A stretch of 64,000 nucleotides of DNA from positions 1-64,000 of the IMG/VR virus record IMGVR_UViG_3300034073_003340. The stretch is one strand, 5' to 3'. Under the pieces are notes generated by a model, which made no database searches, was not told the DNA's origin, and was given only the letters and a program-made list of their open reading frames with translations. Below, in pieces: positions 57,103 to 64,000 of this stretch. The number at the start of each line of letters is the position of its first letter. Positions within the stretch are counted from its first letter, which is position 1. The position numbers and the translations under genes were made by a program.

Positions 57103-57317
57103 GTGAGTTTGAACCTCAACGCATCACTTATGTTCTTAAAAGAAAAGATTGTTGAAAACGCGTCTGGATTCGCTGTCCAAGACCATTCCTTTTCATTCAA
57201 GTTATCCAACAACCACTTATGGCAATCTGGGGTTATTTGTATTCTCTCCCAGATATCGTATGATACACCTTGTCTGCCATCAGCATGTGGTGCTACTTCA
57301 ATGTTGATGTGGATCAT
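57093..57317 (-). CDS. Hypothetical protein
   Basis: Ends F[13 protein letters not shown]. Confidence 0.6.
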   Translation of the reverse strand: MIHINIEVAPHADGRQGVSYDIWERIQITPDCHKWLLDNLNEKEWSWTANPDAFSTIFSFKNISDALRFKLTWL

Positions 57318-58176
57318 CTACAAACATTCCACAACTAGCCTTGACATCAAAGCCGACTCTTGGAACAATCCTACTACTCTCATTACCAAACGCCTCAGCA
57401 AGAATATCAAAGTTTCGCTGTATGATCTCTTCACTGGGTTCATTACCTTGAGCTGGGCTATAGGGATTATAGCGAACCAAATTGAACTTTACATCTAGAC
57501 TGCGAACCAAGATAGCCATAATGATTTCTTCCAAGACTTCAAGACTATCATTTTGGTCCTCAATAAAAGACCAATGAAGAGTAACAAGCTGACCAGTCTT
57601 TTGCTGCCATTCCACAAGCTTCCATAACGCATCATGTGGGTTCATTGACTTAGGAAGCCATCTTTTTCGAAAGTCGTCTCTCATAGAATAGAGAGAATAA
57701 TAGATCTGTGCCCCAGTGTCACCAAAGATGTCATAAAGACTACGATCTGAAACCTCTTCTGGCATAATTGTGCTGATGTTGTATTTGGCTATCAGAGCGT
57801 GTTGCTCTGCGAGGCTCTGTAAGGGCCTACAAACATCATCCCACTTAGATAGCACTGTGGGGTTAGATAACGGCTCACCACGCGCCATGAAGTTGAAATT
57901 GACCCTCTGGGCATCATCAAACTGACGATAATGACGAAACACCTGCAGGGCTTGGTTTTCGTAGTCCCAAGCACTAGCAGGTGTCATCATAGTTTGGCGA
58001 GTCTGAGTCAAATGACAAAACCTACAAGCTTTATTACAACCTGTGTGGCTGCTCAAATAGGTTATAAAATAATCCTCTTGGCGCCGTACATACCTAGCCT
58101 CAAAGGCTCCTTTGTCATCGTGTGGGATGACAAAATTTACACTGGCATCTTCGGCGCTATAGAGGACTCTAGTCAT
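57298..58176 (-). CDS. RlmN/Cfr-like radical SAM enzyme
   Basis: [13 protein letters not shown] (CxxxCxxC), FMARGEP (cf. MGMGEP), SL-x-S, ND, NL-x-x-YNP and ASCG. Confidence 0.8.
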   Translation of the reverse strand: MTRVLYSAEDASVNFVIPHDDKGAFEARYVRRQEDYFITYLSSHTGCNKACRFCHLTQTRQTMMTPASAWDYENQALQVFRHYRQFDDAQRVNFNFMARGEPLSNPTVLSKWDDVCRPLQSLAEQHALIAKYNISTIMPEEVSDRSLYDIFGDTGAQIYYSLYSMRDDFRKRWLPKSMNPHDALWKLVEWQQKTGQLVTLHWSFIEDQNDSLEVLEEIIMAILVRSLDVKFNLVRYNPYSPAQGNEPSEEIIQRNFDILAEAFGNESSRIVPRVGFDVKASCGMFVDDPHQH

Positions 58177-59953
58177 TGGCTTCCGTATCTGTTACAAATG
58201 TTGTGAAGTTGTTTTCCTTTTGAACCAGAAGTATCCGTGGCACACGACTGACCAAGCTGTCATTATGTGAAATTAGAAAAACGTTCTTACCACGGTCGCG
58301 GGTCATCTTCTTGAGAATCTCGAGAGCCAAATCCATACCAGCCGGATCCATACCAGAGTCAACGAGTTCGTCAATCATCAGTAGGTTCAGGGGCTTGTTC
58401 ATGGTTTCCCAAACATCTCTAAACGACCACGCTAGTGAAAGAACCAAACGGTTGGCTTCACCATTGCTCAGCTGCGCAAAGTCATATTCCTTACCAAGCA
58501 ACATGATCTCAACAGACAGATCGCTCTGGAAGCTTACTTCGTGAGGAAGCTGAACCTTGTCCAGATAACTGTTGAGACGGACGTTCAGATAGCTTAGGTT
58601 CTGATCAATAATCTTTTTGCGAATAAAGGAGTTCTTGTCTGTAAGCAGCTTGACCAGAAAGTTCTGATGTTCCTGAAGTCGACTCAACTCGTTGAGGTAG
58701 TCATAGGAGATATCTTGAAGACCAGAAGTGCTCAAAGTGGCAATCTGATCAAGATATGGCGACTCGACCGCCACTTCTCTGTTGATATCGCTTATCAGTT
58801 TGTCCAGAGTATGACGATGATTTAGAGCTTGTTCCATGTTGTCATAATTGACAACAGGCGCGCTTCCCAAAGCCTCGAGATCACCTATTGCCTTTTCTAG
58901 ATCCGTCGCCGCAGCATAGAGATCAGTTGCGGCAACTTCTCGTTCCTGTAAAAGTTTGGATTTGCGATCCTGTAAATCTGCTAGAATTTCCGCATGTTTT
59001 TCACTGTGAACTTCCTGGCCACAAGTGTGACATAGGTTTTCATTAGCCATGCTGAGCTGGCTTTCGATGCGCTCAATATTACTATCAATTGAGTTGAAGG
59101 CTCTTTCTAGTCTAGAAGCATCGCGTTCAAAGCGAGCAACTTCCTGACTAAGGCGATTGAATTCAACTAGAGTTCTCTGATTGTTGATTTCAACTTCAAT
59201 ATCAATCTCGTTTAGATTGTCTATCGCCTTTTCCAGTTTAAGCAACTTGGCGGTATGTTCCTTATCCCATACTTTGTTTTTGAAATTGAGCTCATTAATA
59301 GTCTTTTGGATCTTTTCGTTGGAATCTTTGACAGTCTTAATACGGATTTCTTCTCCTTTGATCTCGTCCTTGATCTGCTTGACGAGTTCTTTGAGCTGAT
59401 CAGCTTTGCTTGACAGCTGGGTGATACCTAGCAATTCTTCAATTACATCACGCTGATCTTTGGCGCTCATATCAAGGAATGGAACGGTCTTGCTGTGAAG
59501 CGCGACAATATGCTTGAATAGCAAATGGGAACACCCAATCGTCTTTTCAATTTCAGCCTGAGTTACTTTGCTTTCGCCATGGGCTTCATCGGTCCCTTCA
59601 GCATTCACCAATCCATCGTTTACATAAAAGCGCAAAAAGTTTGGTTTGCGGCCGCGCTCAATACGGTAATTCTTGTTACCGATATCAAAATCCAGACTTA
59701 CGCTCATCTGCTTTTGATTGGTTTTGTTGACGAGGTTATCTCTTTTAATCGCAGTAAGAGGAAGACCATAAATCGCATAGCAGATGGCTTGTATCAAGGT
59801 CGTTTTACCAACACCATTTCTGCTACCACCTGACCCCAGATCTACATTTTCACCAAGAATCAGTGTCAAGCCGTGCTCGTCAAGATTCACGGCCTGCGTG
59901 GTGTTTCCTACACTGAGGAAGTTCTTCATCGTAACGGTTCGAATTTTTATCAT
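58169..59953 (-). CDS. SbcC/Rad50-like ATPase (T4 gp46-like)
   Basis: NFLS-x-G, NGVGKTT Walker A, CHTC zinc hook, LSNGE signature, IDE Walker B and ISH. Confidence 0.95.
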   Translation of the reverse strand: MIKIRTVTMKNFLSVGNTTQAVNLDEHGLTLILGENVDLGSGGSRNGVGKTTLIQAICYAIYGLPLTAIKRDNLVNKTNQKQMSVSLDFDIGNKNYRIERGRKPNFLRFYVNDGLVNAEGTDEAHGESKVTQAEIEKTIGCSHLLFKHIVALHSKTVPFLDMSAKDQRDVIEELLGITQLSSKADQLKELVKQIKDEIKGEEIRIKTVKDSNEKIQKTINELNFKNKVWDKEHTAKLLKLEKAIDNLNEIDIEVEINNQRTLVEFNRLSQEVARFERDASRLERAFNSIDSNIERIESQLSMANENLCHTCGQEVHSEKHAEILADLQDRKSKLLQEREVAATDLYAAATDLEKAIGDLEALGSAPVVNYDNMEQALNHRHTLDKLISDINREVAVESPYLDQIATLSTSGLQDISYDYLNELSRLQEHQNFLVKLLTDKNSFIRKKIIDQNLSYLNVRLNSYLDKVQLPHEVSFQSDLSVEIMLLGKEYDFAQLSNGEANRLVLSLAWSFRDVWETMNKPLNLLMIDELVDSGMDPAGMDLALEILKKMTRDRGKNVFLISHNDSLVSRVPRILLVQKENNFTTFVTDTEAND

Positions 59954-60294
59954 TCTGTGTTCTTTCGACCCAAATAGAGGTTTACCCGTGCTAGAACTGA
60001 TGAGGCATTGCCCACCTGTCCTTCAAAATTTATACCGGTAGACAGTTTGACCAGAACGGCGTCTAGTTCCAAAGGGTCTACCGTGAATACCATGAAGCCA
60101 TTCATGAGCATCAGGATACCATACTCTACATTCTGATGATCTAGAATGTCAGTTACTGCGTTGGCGGTATTTTGAAAATCTGCTGAGCTCATGATTTGAT
60201 TCTTTTTTACAAACTCATATACGAACTCAAATTTTCTAGAGCTGTCTGGTTTACTAGCCGAAATGAAATCAATCTGCCACGGTTCCAAAATCAT
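59950..60294 (-). CDS. Hypothetical protein between gp47 and gp46
   Basis: 114 aa, coupled on both sides. Confidence 0.6.
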   Translation of the reverse strand: MILEPWQIDFISASKPDSSRKFEFVYEFVKKNQIMSSADFQNTANAVTDILDHQNVEYGILMLMNGFMVFTVDPLELDAVLVKLSTGINFEGQVGNASSVLARVNLYLGRKNTE

Positions 60295-61319
60295 GAAAGA
60301 CCTCGGTAAATTTCAATCAGTAGATTCTTGTCTACGGTCAGGCTATCAATACCCTTGAGGCCTTCGATGACAATCTGATCAACCGATTGGAAGATAACGT
60401 CCTCACCAAAAGATTGCTCTTCATTTTCCTTGGTTCCGGGCATGATATCAATTTTGCGAGGACTGAATTGAGCAGCAAATGTGTCCTTTATAAACTGCGC
60501 CTCATCATGATTGACCGGAATATCACAGGTGATACGAGCATAGGTTTTGTCATCAATAAAGCTAGTTGGTGATTCCAGGATCTCAGTCAGCTTCAGAGTT
60601 CGATACTTTGGAGCATCAGGCCATGCTATGAACTCGGGTTCCTGCCCCCATTCCAGGAACATCATACCACGCTCATCATCCCACGCATCAGCAAAGTTGT
60701 GCGGGAATGGATTGCCCAGATAACAAATTTTGTTCTTGGCTTGTCTCTTATGGAAATGACCCGAGAATGCCCAATATTTGACGTCATCAAAGGCTGAAGC
60801 ATTGATCCCACCATGGTCTGGCATTTCAACCATGGCGTTCATCATAAAATGTGGCAACTCAAAATGACCAAACATATAGTCTGACTTTTTGGCCAGTTTG
60901 CTTACCTTTTTGCTATCGTCACCCACTAACCAGGGACAGAATGTAACTCCTCCAACTGTTAGAAAGTCATTGATAATCGTGACGTTCTTGAGATTTCTAC
61001 CAATAGCCACGCTGCTGATTTCACGCTTCTCTTTGTAATAGAGATCATGGTTACCAGGAATAAAGTAAAAGTGCTCAAAGGCATCTGCTAACCTTTCCAT
61101 ATTGGAAAGTGAATAGTTCAGCGTTGAGACATGGATTGCGTGCCGATTGTCATGCCAATCACCTGTGAAGATGATGGTGTCAACATCCCTTGATTTGGCT
61201 TGTTCAATAAACCATTTTACAAAATTTTCACAATCCTGGTTGTGCTGTCGGTCATTGTTCTTTTTACCGAAATGGATATCTGTAAAAACTGCTGCTCGCT
61301 TGAAGAGCTTTTCGCTCAT
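60291..61319 (-). CDS. SbcD/Mre11-like nuclease (T4 gp47-like)
   Basis: TDIHFG, GDW, GNHD, GHFE and SGHFH metallophosphoesterase motifs. Confidence 0.95.
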   Translation of the reverse strand: MSEKLFKRAAVFTDIHFGKKNNDRQHNQDCENFVKWFIEQAKSRDVDTIIFTGDWHDNRHAIHVSTLNYSLSNMERLADAFEHFYFIPGNHDLYYKEKREISSVAIGRNLKNVTIINDFLTVGGVTFCPWLVGDDSKKVSKLAKKSDYMFGHFELPHFMMNAMVEMPDHGGINASAFDDVKYWAFSGHFHKRQAKNKICYLGNPFPHNFADAWDDERGMMFLEWGQEPEFIAWPDAPKYRTLKLTEILESPTSFIDDKTYARITCDIPVNHDEAQFIKDTFAAQFSPRKIDIMPGTKENEEQSFGEDVIFQSVDQIVIEGLKGIDSLTVDKNLLIEIYRGLS

Positions 61320-61375
61320 GGAAACCTCGCTATCTTATTTGTTCCAGTATTAAGACCCTTGACCCCTAGAAGTCA

Positions 61376-62344
61376 TTATTGGTCTGGCATCTGGTTCTTC
61401 GCTAGATAAGCGGCGACACGAGCTTTGCGGGCTTCCTCTTCTTCGGGAGTCAAGACAACCTTTTCAATTTTCACGTTGTTTGGTGAAGTCTTGCGGACAA
61501 GCTTCTTGGCCTCTGGTGCTTCCCCGTTGGCGATAGCCCTCTGACTCAGGGAGTTATCTACCTGTCTAGTCATCGATGGAGTTACACCGTGCATAACCAA
61601 CATATCGTCCCTGATATTCTGATTACGCTTTTCTAGATTTAGAACGCGAGTAAATGCGTTGCTAACTGTCACGGTATAGTAGGCAAAAGGGTTGTCTGAG
61701 CGAGCTTCGTTGAACTGAAGGCCAACTAGACTTAGCTGAAGCAATGCCTGACTCCTCATTTCATCAACATAGGTGTAGCCACGCCAGTTTCCGCGCTGCG
61801 AATATCTTTCAACCAGTTTCATAAACATATTGGCCAAACGATTTGTAATCTTACCATGTGTTTGGCAGAATTCACCGTTTTCCAAGGCATCCTTCCAATG
61901 AGATCTACCAACTTCCTTGGCACCCTCATCTTCGGTTATGATGTAGTGTTTGAAAGGTGGAAAGTTCAAACGAACATGGTTATCTGCCACACTTTTAGGA
62001 TTCTTTACACGACCGTCTTCCAGAGGAATGTGCTCATGTGTCATTACTCTCCACACAATACTATCAACTGGAATCGACAGTGGGTCAATTTCTTCAATTT
62101 TGATCTGATGATTTTTAAGACCTTTTTCCTTTTGGATTAGCTTTTCAGCCTGCATCATCTTCTTGGCCTTGCTCTCACGAACCGACTGGATGAGCTCTAG
62201 ATTGATTTCATCAAGCGATCCTACGATACAGTCATAGGATGAATACTTGGGATCTACAAAATAGGAAAAGGTATTCTTGGACTTGTGAATCTCGCTCAGG
62301 AGTTCTTTGTTGGTTAGATAATTGACCTTGGGTGTAATAGCCAT
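61376..62344 (-). CDS. Late-transcription sigma factor (T4 gp55-like)
   Basis: NYL-x-NKELL, NWRGYTY-x-DEM and NPFAYYT. Confidence 0.85.
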   Translation of the reverse strand: MAITPKVNYLTNKELLSEIHKSKNTFSYFVDPKYSSYDCIVGSLDEINLELIQSVRESKAKKMMQAEKLIQKEKGLKNHQIKIEEIDPLSIPVDSIVWRVMTHEHIPLEDGRVKNPKSVADNHVRLNFPPFKHYIITEDEGAKEVGRSHWKDALENGEFCQTHGKITNRLANMFMKLVERYSQRGNWRGYTYVDEMRSQALLQLSLVGLQFNEARSDNPFAYYTVTVSNAFTRVLNLEKRNQNIRDDMLVMHGVTPSMTRQVDNSLSQRAIANGEAPEAKKLVRKTSPNNVKIEKVVLTPEEEEARKARVAAYLAKNQMPDQ

Positions 62345-62579
62345 ATGTGGCGCCGCTCCTTATGTTTTTATTATTGGCGGTTAATGTAAAAAGCAGTCTC
62401 TGGGTCATTGCCAGCGCATCGCTTGTATTCTTTTTATAGACTAATAGACACCAGAAATCTATAAATTATACACTCGCCATACCCTTGACTGATTGAAATA
62501 AAAGAATAATGACATCTTATTATGGTGTCTATAGAGAGAAGACAGGTTTATTAAAACTCAGGTTTATAGGTCGGTAAAT

Positions 62580-63152
62580 ATGAATAGAGGCAGTAACAAA
62601 GTGGTCTTTGGAGTTGGGCGTTTGAATCCGCCTACTAGGGGTCATGATGTGATGGTTCAACAGGTCAAGGAAGCTGCTGAGCGTCTTGGAGCCCGAGCAA
62701 TGCTCTACATCGTAGATGGAGAGAAATCAGGTCAGGACAAAAGCAAAAATCCTTTAACTGGTGAACAACGTGTTGCGATTGCCCGCAGGCTCTTTCCAGG
62801 GGTCACTGTTGATGTCGTTGGATCAGCCTACGAAGCCCTGGAAGTGTTAGACCTACAATACCTTGAACCAAAGGTATGGGTTGCGGGATCTGACCGTGCT
62901 GCCAAATACCGCAAGCTTCTTGCTAGTGAACAACTAGATTGTGAAGTGCTTGAGGTGGACCGTAGTGCAGGTGAAGCAGATGGTGTAAGCGCCACTGCCG
63001 CACGCAAAGCAGCCCTTGAGGGTAACATGGAAGAGTTCGCTCACCATATGCCCTCAGACCTTAGCCCACAGGAACTTGCGGAGATAGCAGATATGATTCG
63101 TGAGGTGTCCTTGTGTCAGAACCCAATAAGAGTAATACATCAACTGGGCTAG
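62580..63152 (+). CDS. Cytidylyltransferase-like HxGH nucleotidyltransferase
   Basis: GRLNPPTRGH, KNPL, AGSDR and SAT-x-x-R. Confidence 0.8.
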   Translation: MNRGSNKVVFGVGRLNPPTRGHDVMVQQVKEAAERLGARAMLYIVDGEKSGQDKSKNPLTGEQRVAIARRLFPGVTVDVVGSAYEALEVLDLQYLEPKVWVAGSDRAAKYRKLLASEQLDCEVLEVDRSAGEADGVSATAARKAALEGNMEEFAHHMPSDLSPQELAEIADMIREVSLCQNPIRVIHQLG

Positions 63153-64000
63153 TATCCAGCGGTAGCGGACAAAGCGTAAACGCTAAGGCTATCAGTGCCG
63201 GTGACTTTGCTTATGGTGCTCTAGGCAATGGTACGGCCGGTGGACTAGGTAACGCTGCTCTATTGAGCACCACTACAATTCTTCCCAACACTCGCAGAAC
63301 CAAGATCAGCAGAACCCAATTGGAAGCGGCGGATAAAGAGTATACCCGCCAGATGAATATCCTCAGCCAGTTTTGGTCCGTAAAGGATACTTCTAGCCCT
63401 GAATACGCGGCCCAAAAACAAAATGCTATGATGGCACAATACCAGTGGGAACTGGCAAGAAACAATCTTGAAGAAGTTGTCTCTTCTGAATTGTCAAGAC
63501 AAGATCAACCAATCGAAGTTCTACCCGGCGACATCGTAACCTCTCCAACCATCATAGGAGATCTTGAAGGTATTGTCCCCCAAGTTGACGCTGCCCCGGT
63601 AGAAGACGAGATTGTAGTTATTGGTCGCCCCAGAGATAGTAGAATTCGAATCTCTCCAAAGGAAGGCCAACGAGAAGAAATCTTTGGTGACGAAGAATCC
63701 ATTCTCTATATGTTGCGAGAAACAGATGGGGTATTTTTCCCCTATACTCCAACGATAGATTTCAGTCACCGCGCTGAATACTCGTCTATGGCTCCTACAC
63801 ATGCGAATACTAGCTATTATACCTATACCCATACCCCAGCAGTGCAGATCACCATACAGGGGCAATTCAGTGCCCAGAACTTGGCCGAAGCCAAATATAC
63901 TCTAGCGGCGATACACTTCTTTAGAACGGTAACTAAGATGCATTTTGGTGCTCAAGAAGCTGAAGAAGGCACAGCCGGTCTTCCCCCACCAGTTTTGAAC
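63113..64000 (+). CDS. Probable baseplate/tail protein (partial, runs off right edge)
   Basis: GTG start with GAGG RBS, open to 64000 in my translation; GVFFPYTP...HFFRTVTKMHFG...GLPPPV motif. Confidence 0.7.
   Translation, partial: MSEPNKSNTSTGLVSSGSGQSVNAKAISAGDFAYGALGNGTAGGLGNAALLSTTTILPNTRRTKISRTQLEAADKEYTRQMNILSQFWSVKDTSSPEYAAQKQNAMMAQYQWELARNNLEEVVSSELSRQDQPIEVLPGDIVTSPTIIGDLEGIVPQVDAAPVEDEIVVIGRPRDSRIRISPKEGQREEIFGDEESILYMLRETDGVFFPYTPTIDFSHRAEYSSMAPTHANTSYYTYTHTPAVQITIQGQFSAQNLAEAKYTLAAIHFFRTVTKMHFGAQEAEEGTAGLPPPVLN

Noticed and set aside
1-64000. CRISPR array, and the many short antisense ORFs in the track
   Set aside because: No regularly spaced direct repeats were seen. The short ORFs overlap well-supported genes on the other strand or frame and lack RBS/motifs.

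Overview
This is a 64 kb segment of a jumbo T4-like myophage genome, very likely infecting an alphaproteobacterium. The host call rests on a rhizobial/sphingomonad-style PncB, a sphingomonad-style outer-membrane beta-barrel, and sigma70-type TTGACA-N16-TAGAT promoters. The window carries most of the morphogenesis core: large terminase, head completion, tail tube, sheath, neck, tail terminator, major capsid, scaffold, prohead protease, portal, tape-measure-like and baseplate proteins. It also carries gp46/gp47, a gp55-like late sigma, dNMP kinase, RNase H and a Holliday junction resolvase. Mobile elements read directly from the sequence are a class 3 (Ala1, WCT) LAGLIDADG intein in the terminase P-loop, an ORF-less group IA intron splitting the tail tube gene after codon 9 (missed by the ORF track), and three free-standing endonucleases, two of which appear to have replaced an end of the neighbouring gene. 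Accessory highlights: (1) a complete deamidating NAD+ salvage route (PncA, PncB, NadM-like, NadE plus a Nudix hydrolase); (2) a Ro60/TROVE gene with a structured leader and an upstream ~820 nt array of structured non-coding RNA; (3) a protein that aligns by eye with the WED/REC half of TnpB but has no RuvC, followed by a ~1 kb ornate non-coding region and RNase H; (4) a probable head-packaged protease-like plus ADP-ribosyltransferase-like polyprotein; (5) MntP, RlmN-like, PTH2-like, SLOG and RNA ligase genes. All family calls are by motif recognition; no database search was run. No tRNA genes or CRISPR arrays were seen.
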